DNA of 64,000 bases from Callorhinchus milii (GCF_018977255.1 NW_024704742.1:47864001-47928000); one strand, 5' to 3'. Shown: positions 12,607-27,789, counted from the stretch's first letter. Notes: generated from the letters alone by a model not told the origin. Numbers and translations: made by a program.

Positions 12607-15600
12607 AATTATTTCAAAACAGCTTCAGAGATAGTGAATATCCACACTGCTTAATTGCATAAAGGATCATTGTAAAAATACAGGATTCGTAGTTTGATTA
12701 TGTGCCACCTGTTGGGAGTAATCGTTTGAGTCAAATGGATTTTATCATATGTGATTTGGGGTCATGGGACTGCAATGGTTTTACTGTGATTCTCTTATCT
12801 GGTCAAAAGTTATGTTTGAATTCTTAAAGGACATTGAATAGTTCCATCTACCCGTATTATTAGCCAAGCTATTTCTCCTCTTACTCAATTGCCTGAAGAA
12901 GTCACTCTTGGGTTGAATAATAGTGTAGTTGCTAGTGAATACAGAACTCATTTGGAAACAATCATTTCTAAGGCTTGTATTACATAGAAACCATTTCAAA
13001 GAAACACAAAAATTTGCTGCAAGTTCATAACCATATAACCCTTTAATATTAAACATAGTGCACAGCAAAAGCCCTCTTCCCAACCACAATTCTTTTAAGA
13101 TTTTACAAGTTCCCTGAAAGGGACTAATTACAGTACATTTAGCAGAGGTCATCAAGGGCGAAGCAACAAATTCATGTAAACCCTGCGTTTCTTTTTTTGG
13201 CATATTGGCATATAATCATTTAAAAATCTAATTCACACCATCTGAGCAAAACAGCAGTATGCCTTCTGTAGGATGCAATGAATCGATCTAATATTACAGT
13301 TGTACAGCTAATTATCAAACGTTTTTTAGGACAACACTCCCAAAGGTAGTTTACTTCTCCAGCTGAGAAAGAGGGTAGCTAACTGCTGCTCAAACTGGAT
13401 TGTAGGAGGAAACTATCTTATTTATCCTCTAATTATCCCCCCTTCTGTGTTAAAGTGCCTATCCTTTAATTACACACCTCTCTATAGTAGAACGACTGAG
13501 ATTAAGAAATATTCAGCAATTTAAACCATGTATTAATTGAAAAAGGACACATCTGCTGTTTGGTCAGAGCACCATTATACATTTGGGTGGGCTGAGCATA
13601 TAGAACTTGCATGTTCCTGTCATACTGTAGCCTACCTCTGGTTGTTTTCAGGCACACAAGGGGAGGGGAATATTGCTTTGCATTGAGACACTGAACTATA
13701 TTTAGCAGTTAGTGGGAGTAGTTAAATTAAGGGCACCTTACAGTAAATCAAATTATAAGAAATAATGATATCACAAACATCCTTTAGAATATTGTGTCAT
13801 TTCTACATTAATAAAATGAAGGACTAATGCTGCGAGTAAAATAAATGAAATATTCCCCTCAGTTTGGTACAGAATCATACTAAAAAATACTAGAGCTCTA
13901 CGTTAGTTGCTCTATCATTTAAATTTTTGTAACCTAGAAAAATTAACTTTCATCAGCAAAAACCTGTAAAGTATTTAATAATGAATAAAGTGCCTACTGG
14001 AAAGCAAAAAAGACGAGCAAATTCTTCAGACTAGATTTGAGTTTTACAGGAAACTACTTTGAAAAGGTAATTAAAATAAGAAATCTAAATCTCAAATATT
14101 TTAACGCAAGTATTAATTTTAACAAAATTATGTTGCTTTTCAGAGTCTGTTTAAAAGTTTGGATAAATTGTTGATTGCATTCTTCCTATTTGAGCAATAA
14201 ATGCCTTCAATTTGTGCAAAGTCCACACATAAAATACATAAAAATATTTAATTTATAATTCCTATTTAAATTATCAGTAATGTAACAGACACCAACAAAC
14301 TTCAAAACCTATTAAAAAGTTAATCTCAGTGCTAGATTGAGACCTTATGCTTAATCAGAAATGCCCAGTAAAGAGATTAAAAAGCAAACCTGGCGTACAA
14401 GTTTAGATTGGAATAACCAAATCAACTGTAATGTGGCATAGTTCAGGAGAAAGCAATTTAGGTTGTTGGGACAGTAAAATAAATGTTCATGTGGAACTAG
14501 GCAAAAAAAATCAAGATTATACTGTAATGTATATCACATATCTGGTCAACTTCTCAAGGGCTCTGGCACTATATTCTGCGTGAGGGGCGCTGTATAAATG
14601 CAAGTTTGAAATTATAGCTATGTTTTTAATATCATGCCAAAATGATCTTAACTTGCTTATTGATCTCATTCGACAGTCAGATTTCCATTTTTGACTGGAG
14701 AACCCAATTGTGACATTTGATCAGTAAGGCAGGTGGCACATTTGCTTTGGCAAAAAAGATCTGTCAGTTATTTTTTCCAAGGTTAAATGTCAGGGCAAAG
14801 CATCCCACTGAGCCTCCTGAGCAAGTGCAAGAACAGTAGGTGGCAAAGGATTTTGTAAATCATTAAGACTACTGGGCTTCTTTGCAAAAGATACAATATG
14901 CAAAGCAATTTTGTTCTATGGATCGAGTACAGCTTCAGTGTACTTCAATGAAAAAAACTAATAAATATCTAGAAACAAGTGAGAATCACAAATTATGATG
15001 AATTAAGTCAAAATGCAGGGTACAGCAGCAAAACCAACAAAGTAACAAAATCCTCCATTTAAAAAAAATCAAAGGCAAGTTTTAAACCCGCCACTAGGAG
15101 GTCCAAGAGAGAGGCACCTAAAATTGGCAACGAAAGAACATTTTCCCACAGCTCAGAAAGGACATCCATTACTTCGTACAAATCCACTTAATATCATTCC
15201 ACAGTATCAGCTGTTGGTGTTTGAATGTGTCACCTAACTGCACATCCCCAAATATTAGGATAAGAGTTAGGATTGATAATATCCAAAGGATGAAACATGA
15301 AACTGAGGCTTTGCCCATTCAGGTGGACATTAAAGATCCCAGGGCACTATGTAAAAAAAAGAGAATGGAGCTTCTCTCTGTGGCCCCATTCACCCCACAT
15401 AAATTAGTCATTTATTTCTTGGCAGTTTGTGCACCTGCTATTTGCAAATTAGCTATCATATTTACCTATAAATACAGTCACTTCTTTGACAACCATTACC
15501 TGTGAAATGCTTTGAACCATTTCAATGTTAGGATTATAAATATATTTATAATTTGAATGTACACAACCATAAAACTGCATTCCACTGTTGCTGTGTTAAC

Positions 15601-15949
15601 CGTTACAATAATCATTATGAAATAACTAAAAAGGTCACTTCAGACGTCATTTTTGGATGCCTAATTCAAGCAAGCCTTCAGTCAGTATTAGTACTGAATT
15701 TGTTCTCTCTCTTAAACCTCACTTACTCCCAAGCGCTTTGGGAAGCTTTCCTGGGTGAGGGATTCTATATAAATGCAAGTTGTTGTTGTACTCAATCTAG
15801 AGAATTCCTTTCATAACCTAATGCAATTTCTTACTGCAATATCATCAGAAATAACTTGAATTTGTACAAAATTTAGAATGAATAAGAATCTGTTACTGTA
15901 TTGGGAGCACATTATGGACCATTAAATAGAAAGAAAGAGGATGATTGCA

Positions 15950-16900
15950 GGCAATTTAGAGAGGCTGTATTAAGAGGGTTGTAATAATGGACGACTATTT
16001 ATCCCAAGGTTTTAAAAAGTAGCACATGAATAGAGGAGAAAACTGCAAAAAATCAAAAATATTTAATAGGGCAGCAAAAAGTTAGATTAGGCTAAGAGAA
16101 AGTGCTACATAAGATTATCAGTCAACGTAAAGAACAATAGCAAAAGTTTTTAATATTGCTTAGAGTATGGTCAAAGAAAGGGATGGGTCCAGCCAAAGAG
16201 GGCAATCATGTAGTTAAGGATGAAGGAATGATGCAAGTACTGTACTTCGCTTTTGTTTTTAGAAGATGTGGAAGTGGGATTCTAGGAATACCAAGCAAAG
16301 ATATTAAAGAACATCAACTGGAGCTAACTATTAAAAGGGAGATGGTACTAAAATGTTAATGAACATTAAAATAGTAGTCGCTATGCCAGTATGGTATGCA
16401 TCCCAGAATACTGAAGGAGATAGAGATGCATTGGCTGGTATTCAACATATGTTTGGGATGGGAATTACACCAGAGTAGAAAGTGGTAAATTTTATATCCA
16501 CATTTGAAAAAGGGGAAGAGAATAAACTGAGGAATATATGATAATTATTACCACAATTGTTGGTTAACTTCAAGAGACAGGATTTCATTTGTGAATACTG
16601 AGAAACGCAGAAATTGACATGAAAGGGAAAGATTTGTTTTTTAATGGCAGCTTGTAATTGAATGTTTTGAGGAAGTCAAGAGTGTAATGCAGTATTTAGG
16701 GAATTTCAGAAGAATTTGATAAGGTGCATTACAAGAAACTGTTTAAGGAAATCAAGGTACATGGTAATAAAGTCAAATTGGTGGCATGGATAATGGATTA
16801 AATAGATAAATGTCAGAACACAGAGTAAGGGTAAATGGAGATTCCTCAGATTATGTAGATGCAATGCAGTAGTGGCATTTCCTATGCAAGGATTCTGTCT
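15950..16900 (+). mobile_element. Old, decayed CR1 LINE ORF2 fragment
   Basis: Degraded motifs YFAFVF, GMHPRILKE and FEKGEE in the order seen in CR1 ORF2. Confidence 0.75.
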
Positions 16901-17956
16901 TACTGTTTTCCATGCAAAGACCAACAACAACTTGCACTTATATAGCGCTCTCCAGGCAGGATAGCATTTTACGGGGAACAAAGCACAGAATAGTCCTAAA
17001 ATGCATCACCTTCAAACCCATGGGACAAGGGAAAGAATAAGTTAGAATCCTGGGGTTGTGCCACTTGAATCCAGCGTTTGGTTAGAGTGCCTTTTGCGTG
17101 TCTTGCCTTAGAAGCAGCCTGAAAATGAGCTACCGTGTTTTTCTGTCATGTCACATATCTGCATTGCATAACAATTTGGCACTGCAATTGTGGCGAGTAT
17201 TCAGCTCACAAGATCATCCTCAAGTTTGAAGGACACTAAATGTAATACCTTTCCAACATAGGTTGGCACTAGTTTGTTACACTGACCTCAATCCAGTATT
17301 TACAGAAAATTCCTATCAAACATATTGCATAAACTGCCGGGTGTTTGGAATGTACTGCATCGCAAAAGAAGTTACTGTTCCAAAAGTTTGTAAATATAAT
17401 GGTTACAAAAAGTGCTAAAAAGCAACTATTTCAAACTAATTATTGCAAACAACATAAAGGAGCACTAAGCCATATATGTTTGGTTAATAAAAAAATCATT
17501 TTTATAAACTGACAAATAAAAGTTAATTAATATTTTTCAGTTTTGAGGGTAATGAACCCTTTATTTAACTGGTCCTGCCAGTGTTGGGTGCAGTAACAAA
17601 CGAGACAATAAACTTATCCCACCTATCCTTGCACAATGCTCTGTTATGAGAAACATAGGACTGCAGTAACCCATTTGCTCAAGATGGCTGTCAAAACATC
17701 TATTCTGTGGAAGTTCCAGGAGCACCAGTGTTGCTTTTCAGAATAGTTTTTGAAAAACATGTCGTTTAATTCATAATTTTAAGGCTACAGAATAAACTAT
17801 TCAACCATTAAGAATGCCACTGAGAGAATATTGCTCCTTTAAGTTCAAAATATCTTTGAAAAACATACACCAGTAAACAAGAGTTTTTGAGAGTTAGTCA
17901 GTTAGTCATCATTTTGGTTAACTGGATTCCCGGTTGCCTTTTTTGGCTGGTAAGGC

Positions 17957-17995
17957 TTAGTCCACAGGAGGTGCTGGGGGTTCTTGTCTTGGATT
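17957..17995 (-). CDS. SMIM14: SMIM14 last coding exon (39 nt including TAA)
   Basis: NPRQEPPAPPVD*, matching the conserved PPAPPVD C-terminus; total CDS 309 nt = 102 aa. Confidence 0.93.
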   Translation of the reverse strand, partial: NPRQEPPAPPVD

Positions 17996-19214
17996 CTAGG
18001 AAATAAATGAACTGATTATCAATAGAAGTTATAGTACAAATATTGGTACAACTGATTGTTTTAAAGAATACTGAAACCAAATGGAATCATAAATGTCTCA
18101 GAGGGAAGTTATGACAACATGTAGATTATTAGCATTTTATGTAAACTTTCAGTGAATTAATAACCCTACCCCCAAAAAATTCAGGAATTATACAAGGTCA
18201 CTAAAATTCCTGAAATGAACAAGTGCAACAGGCTAGTTGCTTAAAATTCTGCATCATTACAGTGTGCAGATAACAAAGATCTATTAGTAGCAATCACTTC
18301 CCATTATAAACATTTACTTTAACAGCAACAATATATTACTGTTGTCAAGCAAATACTACTGAATTTATTGAAGATATTAGCTAATTTTCATCCAATAATC
18401 TTATGGTGGCAATTGATTTAAACGGTGTTGCTGTAGCCAATTGAAGAATAAAGGCAAATATTATTTTAAAAAATGAATCGTGAGCAGAATTGTGTAACTG
18501 GAGGGCTCATCCAAGACGATAAGGGTAATAACTACCAAAGCTATGTTCATCATAAACACTGTCCATCGTCACTGAAAGTGTCTAGGCAATAGAACATAAG
18601 GGAAGAGAGAGAAAAAAAGGAAAAGGAGATTTGCCTCATGCCATTATTATGTACTGGCTCACAAACAACACTTCAGCTACGAGGAAGTAAGCCAAGCATC
18701 CCAACCACCCTAATTATAAATGGGGATTTATAATTTAATTATAACTTGCTCCCACCCTCACTTCTTTCAAGGTCTGTCTCACAACCTTTCTCTTTGACCA
18801 CACCTTTCCCCTCCCCCAGCCCTTCCTCAGGTGCCAAGCCAGGACTGGCCAGTTTAGGTCTATAATATCAGACCTCAGAATATAATAGATAGCACTGTAG
18901 TGTGGCAACCAGGTCAGCAAGTTGCTGATTTAACTGCCAAACTGTGCTGCTCATGCAAAGAGAAAGCAGTCCAGAAGTTGCTGGAATACCGGGAGGCCTT
19001 CTATGCCTGAACACTGTGAACTGGAAGTTTTTTTTATGCCTTTTCTGTTGTAAAAACTTGTTTACAATTGTATGAGAATTAAATATGCTCTTCTAGGAGC
19101 AAGGTAAGTGTAAAAATACCAGATCATGGGTTCAATCAATATTTATACGATTTTTTTAAAAAAAGTATTGCTCAATAATCGATTTGGTTATAGAAGAGGG
19201 CACATTTGGTCCTA

Positions 19215-19460
<246 letters not shown>

Positions 19461-19879
19461 TCAAGTTACTTTGCTGAAATACATTCTTAAAAGGAGACTA
19501 TAAACTGGGTAAGCAAAATCACTTGTCACTTGTAGTTTGTACGTACGAGTATAATGGTGTAACTCCCATGAATTTTACCATTTTGTGCTGAGATTTGCTT
19601 GATGAACTGTGTGGATTGACTTAATGAAATCTTAAGGACATTCACCATGCCCAAGGCAAGAGGCTTTCTCAGAAATAAAACCAATGTGTAGTTTATTAAC
19701 AGAAATCACGTGCAAGCAATAAAAAACTTACCAGACCTCATTGAAGAACAAATTTGCTAATACACTTATTCAGCGTAACAATTACTGAATATATATTGAA
19801 TGTGAACAACTGTGAACACGCAGAAATCTGTCAACATAGGGCAGACAATTGCTACAATTTTGTTCCTAAGCACGTCATC

Positions 19880-20115
19880 TCAGAGCTACCCAATCCCAAG
19901 AAGGTCCTTGTTACCTGCCCCCTCAAGGGGGATAGTCACTATTTGGTCATTTAACATTCAATAAAACACATGCTTGAGTCCTCATTTGCTGGATAGTAGG
20001 TACCAGGAACTCTCTTGACGCTTCCTGATGAGCCGCATAGCATGAAACAGGTAAGAGCATTGCCATCATCCTCCTACCCACAGCATCTCTATCAATTGAG
20101 CTATGCTTCCACCAA
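19880..20115 (+). repeat. Fragment of an unassigned ~700-bp interspersed repeat, with a hammerhead-like core
   Basis: Aligns by eye with 46130-46345 (AAGGGGGATAGTCACTA...CAGGAACTC...ATTGCCATC). Confidence 0.8.
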
Positions 20116-20442
20116 TTACAAATGGGGAACCTGAGCAGCAGCTGTTCTGCGCATCAATATCCTATATAATCTCGTCTATAATTATCTCATATAACCAACT
20201 GTAGTCCATTCAGCCAGAGCACTCCCCTCCGTAATTCTTAACTTGGAGGTACAATAGAGCTGTAATAGTATTTAATATTAGTGCAATAACCTCAAACTCA
20301 CTCACTGTTGAGTTATTCCCTGGATGTGGCACTTAGTGGACCTAAAGTGCATCACTGAACTTGTTCTTAATCACTGAGGGTGGTGTTATTTCACAAGTAT
20401 GAATGATCAGTTCTGATTTTTCACACTCACACAAAATATACA

Positions 20443-20818
20443 TGGAACCTGTAGCGTATTGGTTGAAGCACTCGCCTTGCAAGCGAGAGGACCTGGGTTC
20501 GATTTCCAGGCAGGGCAAAGTGTTAGGCAAGTTTCCTTACCCCATATGCCTTTGGTTACCTAGCAGTAAGTAGGAACCCGGTTCTTAGTAGATTGGCAGA
20601 TCGCTTTTGTGGAGATAATAATCCCTTCAAAAAATTTTTAAAATAATAATTTGGTCATTAAATCCATGACTAATTGTGGGACACTGCTGTGTGCAATTGG
20701 CTGCCACGTTTCACCCACAAAATATAGTCAATTCATTTTGCAGTACATTCTGTGAAGCGCTTTGAGACGTCTCAAAGACGTGATGAGGCGCTATATCAAA
20801 TGCAGGGATTATTATTAA
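20443..20818 (+). mobile_element. Full-length SINE, longer subfamily
   Basis: tRNA-like head, extra ~60-nt segment TTACCTAGCAGTAAGTAGGAACCCGG, same body and tail. Confidence 0.9.
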
Positions 20819-21170
20819 ATATCCATCTAGTAGTGAGAAGAATGACCAAATCAATAGAGACCAGTTAAAATGCTGATCAAAGGAAATGTAATGTTGGGTT
20901 AAGAATTTAAAAAATTCATAAGAAATATTTTCATCTATTCAACAATCTGAAATATGACTTACTTCTGTAGATTACCATATTTGTAGTAATGTAACAAGTG
21001 AAATAAAATGGAACATCACCTTTAACCGAATCACCAACCTGGCAGCCAGGGAACCTTTGAAACTAGTTTATACATGGTCTTGTATATGTACAATTGCTGT
21101 TTGTTCACACCACCATTTCATGATCTTACTGAAGTAGGACTTACATTCTTATTATTAAAGTAGGACTTAC

Positions 21171-21219
21171 ATTCTTGCAGACACTCATTGTCTGTGCAGT
21201 AAGACTGTGACTGTCGTAG
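21171..21219 (-). CDS. SMIM14: SMIM14 coding exon 2 (49 nt)
   Basis: LRQSQSYCTDNECLQE; polypyrimidine tract and AG acceptor; GTAAGT donor. Confidence 0.96.
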
Positions 21220-22599
21220 CTGGAAAAAAAAACAAGCTTTCGTAAATCGCAAGTTATTTTAAGGATATTTAAATTACTTCCTAACTTTCTTTCTCATTGT
21301 AATCGTTTGCAACAGTTTCATGAAATACAATTTATTGCAATACTTTTCTTTTTGTGAATGGAGCAAGATTTTTACATTGGAGAATTTTACATTTTGGGCA
21401 ATGAAGAGGAAATTTCCCTCCAGTTTTAGTCCGCAAGACCATTTTATCTTAAAATTTATAATTTAAAAATATGGAAAATTCTTAAATTCATTCTTTATTT
21501 GGAAGCTCGTTCTCCAGTGTTCTTAAAAATACTAACATGACTCCGTCTCACAAGATTTGTTCAAATGAAGAATGTCCTTCGGCCCATCTGATCTCACCCC
21601 TCCAAAATATCCACCCTACCGCCATCAACAGGCAAGTATTCTGGCAAGTACAATTTAAGTAAGTTTTTGGACCCAACAAAACCTTGTACCCAAAAGGATC
21701 TCAATCAAATAACTACTTTGTATAAGTTACTTTTTTCCAATTCTGGTGGACATGTACTTTATAGCATTTTTGATACATAAAATATTTTTAAAAAGTGTAA
21801 CTGCCAGTCAGAAAACAAGTACTGCGGCTTCTTTTGACAATCTCTCAATGTTTGTTCTTCCTGAAAGGCAAATGCCACGTTTCAGAGTGTCACATTAACT
21901 CTCAAAACAAAAAGAAAACCCTCATTCGTTGAGGAAATTGACATTACGAGAACCTTTATGTAAGGTTATGCTGATCCAACATTTATGAATGTTGAAAAAC
22001 ACAATGTATGTATATATATTAGTCATTTGTGTTGAATTCAGAATCCTCCCACAATCAATTTAAATGTTTTCTTCTTAAATCTGACATTTCACATACCCGT
22101 GGGTTCTGCCCACTTCTATTATTTCTGGATGCTACACACCAGCAAGAAACAAACATCAGCACAAAACCTAATTTAACAAAGCAGATATTATTCCCATTAG
22201 CATTAAAAATACATTTTAATGGAAAATTGAGTTAAAGATTGAGTTGTGCTTTTTGATCAAAGTAACAATGATTTTTAATCTTGTTTTTCACCTCAAAAGT
22301 TTCCCCTTCCTTGCATGATGGCTGGAGTACAGTTTCACAGGGAGCTGTTGCTACTAAAAATGATACTTACATTTGGTATAGCCCCTTTCACAGTGACTGT
22401 ATGTTTTGTGGAATGTGGATGCACCACCAATTTGCATACAGCAATTCTCCATGACCAATTTTTAAGTATAATTTATTTTTGGTAATAGAATAATGTCTAC
22501 ATTTTCAGTGTTGATTAAGGGGCTAGGATTTGCAGGACTGCACTCTTAACAATTTATTTTTAAAAATTCACCGGTACTGCATTAAACAGCCATTCTTCT

Positions 22600-22945
22600 T
22601 GTTGGGAATCCAGATAGTATTAAGCGAAAAGAAAATGGAAAGATGCACGGCTCAGTCTGGAAGATTGTACACATTCTGTTGGCATCTTAAAGTATTGTTC
22701 TGGGTTTATCATTTCAATTCCATTTAAAACTCTAAACATCTCTATAATGGCCCCCCCTGAGATGTCTTCTCTCAAGAGCTCTAGTTTTCTTAACTGTTTC
22801 TTATTGTTCATTTCAGCAACACTTGGCATCATTCTCACTGCTCTCCTCTGCACTGCCTCTATGGTTTGGGCAGCTCCCTTATGTCACATTGACCAGAAAT
22901 GTATGCAGTACTGTAGGCGTGGCTTGATCAGAATTATATAGCTTG
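22600..22945 (-). mobile_element. Decayed CR1 fragment
   Basis: Peptide QRRAVRMMPSVAEM...IIEMFRVLNGIE resembles the CR1 ORF2 C-terminus. Confidence 0.75.
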
Positions 22946-25900
22946 AGTAAAAGACTGAGCTTAAAGTCCTGGTATGGGGCTTGAACCCACAACCTTCTGA
23001 CTTAGAGGCAAGAGTGTTATCAACTGAGCTAGGATGATATCTAAAGGTAGTGGCAGAGGCAGGTGATATTGACTAAAACAGCAGGTCAGTTTTCAGTTTC
23101 AAATTCAGAAGATTTTGCAGATGTAAAAGGACTGAGTTCTGCAAGTGGAGTAACTCTGTTGTCCCTGCCATGATTAGTACAACAAGTTTAAGGAAAGTTT
23201 CTGGAATCTTCTAGTTAGTAGTTCAAACCACTGTTGCTGGAAATGAACATCTTAAAAAGAATGCTGGATAGTATATAATGTGGAAAGTGTCAGAGAACAA
23301 TCTTCATGAAGTGAAATTATTTCCTCCAAATCTGTCTTCCTCTAAAATCACTGTTGAGTAACACTTATGCAAAGCAGTAACACTTATGCAAGGCATTCTT
23401 GCATAAGTGTGTTGGGCATTCTTAAGGATTTACTTCCTTGTTCACAGATATAGATCACAAATGTTTTCAATAGACCAGGTAATAAACAGTACATCCAAGT
23501 GATCAATTAGTTGGAATGCAGCCCTGCAAATCCTAGTCCCTCAAATCAACATTGAATATATAGATATTATTCTATTGTGAATTTTTTGATTAGGTAATTT
23601 ATTAATATTAGCTTATTTTATTATTTTTCATGGGAGTCAATCAGTGAATTCAATCATGTAAAGGTCCATTCAAGAAAATTTAAGTCTGTTTAGTCTTCCT
23701 CATCCCACCCCCAGTTCAGGCTCCCAGTAGCTATGTGAAGTCCTTTGACATATTGTCCTGACATGAATATATAATGTAAATTGTAACAGATTTGTTAACT
23801 TGGCATCACACGGATTGTTGCTCATTCTATTATTAACAGGACCTGCTGTTCCAGTTTGACTTTTTGTCCTGAATAGTATGCTGCTGAACATCATGTACAG
23901 GACTACCACAAATGAAGATAATGCATTTGATAGTGTCTCAACATATCTTTGAAAGGTCTCAAAGTGCTTCAAATGATTTACTGTGTACTAACTATGTATT
24001 TCAAAGGCAAGTATGGAAAACTGCACGTAACAGAGTCCCACAAAACAGCCAAGAAGTAAATGACTAAATTTGAATCTGGGGAATTGTTGGGCTTTCTTTT
24101 TTCGAATAGTGCAATGGAATCTTTAATGTCCACCTGAAAAGGCAGGTGGGATATTCATTTAACGTTTAATCTGAAAGTCGGCACAAGCAATATTGCAGTG
24201 TGCAGTGCATCCACAGAGCTCCATTGGAATTTGAGTATGAGCTCAAAGTCCTAAGATGAAATTTGAACCCTCAAACTTCTGAATGACACATGGCTGAGAT
24301 CTAAATTAGTAGGGGATTAGAGTTCAAAACAAATGATTGCTTTTTTTAAAAAAAAGGCAGGTTATATTTTATTGAACATTCAACTGCAAGAAACATATAA
24401 TCCTAACAAGTACGAAATAGGAGGGGAATAACTTTGTACTGCAAGAGCTAAGAAAAATAATTCAGCAGATCTTGGACCTTCCTGGTCTCTATGCCTTGGA
24501 ATCTTTTCAATAAAATGGATCACGGGAGCGCTGCATAGCTTAGTACTTAAACTATACAGTTTGTTTGTAATACTAAAAATATAAAATATGGCCAGACAAT
24601 ATGCCTCACACTTTTACCAGCCTGAGCCCACCTACCAGTTTTTAAAAATATATATTTTCCCATCTGATTATATTTTTATATTAGAACTTTCCATTCTGTT
24701 TCCCATTTTCCTTCCCCCTTCCAGCACTGCACCATCTCTTAACCAGAACAGATCAAACAAATTGAATGGTTACCAGCAACACTACTGCATTTCCATGCAG
24801 CTGCAGATACTGTATATGAAACAGAACCTAAAAGTTCTTTCCCTCTCCTTCAATCATCGCTTTCCAAAGGTTCTCTCTATTTTTCCAGATTCATAACCGG
24901 TAGGCAGGCTGAGCCTAGATCATCACAAATGTGAAGCAAACACTATAATTATACTGGGACCCAGTAATTAAAACATTCCAGTACATTATAAAAAAAACTA
25001 AGACCTAAAATATAAAATACTAACATTTGATACAATTGTTTTTCACCCCATAATATGTCAAGTGTCCCACACAATGAGTGACTTTGAGATCTAGTCACTT
25101 ACTTCCTCAGTGAGCTGCTTTTTTTAAATTCATGCAGAGTTTTGTATGAACAAATCAATTTCTCTTAATACTCCTAAACCAAAACCATAGTATTCACCAT
25201 ATGAATACCATGGTGTTGGTTTGTTTAGTCCATTGTTCTCTTAAAATGGAGCAGATTTCTCCTCTCTGGTTGTTCACAGGCCAAGGAGGATAGGATGCCC
25301 CAAATCCCACATTATGAAGAACAATTTATATAGTATTGAGGTGAATCTGATATTTGGTATAATAAAATCTAAGTGTTTAAATCACTACAAACCTGCACCT
25401 ATTAAAACCTAGTCATATTTAACAGACTAGATTTATACTAGGAAATACCAGAATGGAAAGTTAAGATTATTTGTATAGATATTTCAAAAAAGCATTTAAG
25501 GAGGCATGTAAATTTATCACTAAGAAAGGCTCTCTGAAAGTACAATATTGAAATCTCAGCCAGTTCAAATTTAAACCTCAATTGGGAGTTGAAATTTATT
25601 GAACTCACTGAACAAGCTTGCTTCAATTCTACTCTAGGATTCTCAAAAAAATGTTTTGCAAAAGCAGCAGCATTATTCCCACCCATAGCAGCAGACTCCT
25701 ATAATGATGGGACAGTAATATTTGTCATTGCCATTGTTTGCCACTTGTCCAACTGTCTGAACTAGGGCCTTAATTAAGTTTTTGGTCCAGACAGTTGGAC
25801 AAGTATTTTTTCCCCCTGCAATCCTCCATTCACCCAATTTAAAGAACACAGTGGAAAACATTGGTGGGAGAATGGGCGAAACAAAGAACACATTAAAAGA

Positions 25901-26110
25901 AAATGAGCTAGATTATACACAACGTTAACATTTGTATAACAGTTGATAATAGACTATTATCTCACAAAGGATTATATAGCAATTTTTTTTTTCTGTTCTA
26001 CATACTACAAAATACTGTTCCACAAAATACTGCAGGATTTAAAAAAACAAATTGTCCTAAATAATTTGTACTGTGTTTTCCTCCCTCAAATTTTATCAAC
26101 TTTTTCTTCA

Positions 26111-26272
<162 letters not shown>

Positions 26273-27789
26273 TTACAATGGAACTATTGAAAACGTGCTG
26301 GATTATTTCAATTAAAATTCAATTGTTACAATTAAAAATATACTTCCTGAAAAATTTTATTAATTTGACCTCATGCAGTATCTGTTTAGCAGCTAGACTT
26401 TCAAAAATGAAGTTACAAAGGTATGTAAAATATAGGACACTGAGGAGCTGTGGGATATGATTTTGTTTCAAACTTTGAAAGTGGGATTCTATGCTGTAAG
26501 ATTCAATGATTCCATGTGGGAAAGCAAATAAACAAAACTGTTAAAAAATCCATCCTATCTTTTTGAAATATAAAATACATCATGTTAATAATCATCATAC
26601 GTCAATAAAACTATGGACGAAATCTAACCCAAATTGTTCCTTTAATCGCCAAAGTAACATAATAAAGAAAAGATAAAGCATAAAACAGTACATACCCTAA
26701 CAAAGCACATAATTTATATTTGCATTTTTTTAAATTCTTAAAAAATTGAATTTTGTTGAAAAATTCCATCAAAGTTTTAGGGAAAAAAATCAATTTGAGC
26801 TTCAGATCAAACATCAGATGAATGACTCGATAAATGTCAAAATGTAAAAGTCACCAAGTCCTGAGGAGTCACTGCCCTGCACGGATGCCGCTATATAAGT
26901 GCAAGTTGTTGTTGTTGATGGTGCATATCCTTGAATGCTGAAGGAACACAGAGATAATGTGCCCCTAATCACAATCTTTCAGTAGAATGGAGGGTTGTAA
27001 AATTACCATTTCTTACCATTCTGTTCAAGAAGGAAAAAAAGAATAAACCACATAACTATAATCATACAACTATAGATTAGTCAGCCTAACATCAGTAGTG
27101 GGTAATGTAGTCACATAAGAATGGGTTAAAGACACAAAATAGTAAAACTTTAAAAGCTACATATTTTATCCGAGAATTAGAGGCAAAGAGTAAAAAAAAG
27201 CAAAGAGCTAATGTTAAGCAAGACATCAAGTGGGCAGAGGGCACTTACTTCTTCATTTGAACCTCTCTTGGGATCTCATAACAGGGAATCTCCCTGGTTT
27301 TTAAAAAAAACACCTGCAGGTTTCAGTATTAATGTGAATTAAAGTCTGAAAAGCTTTTATACCATAATTGATGGATTTCACCTCCTGTGGTCAGAAATCA
27401 TATCATGTCGGTGAGTGCCAGACAGACTTTGATAAAATGAAAGTTGTAGAATGGTTCAGTTACATAACACACTATGAAGTGTGCCAATTGGCTCCCGCAT
27501 TCGCCTACAAATAGTCACTACACTTCACAGTAAAATCCTGTGAAGCGCTTACAGACAACTCAACAACATGATAAGGCTCTATATCGATTGCAAGGATTAT
27601 TATTAGTATGAACAACTTCAATGTTAAAGTACACATCACAGCTGTGAAATCATCTACTTGAGTAAAAGAAAAATCACACACATTCAAATAACATTAGGAT
27701 TTTTCGTTAATGACACATACTTATCACATACTCCAATAGATTACTCTTAAGGATATCTAGTATTACACAATACAATTTACATAGTGGTA

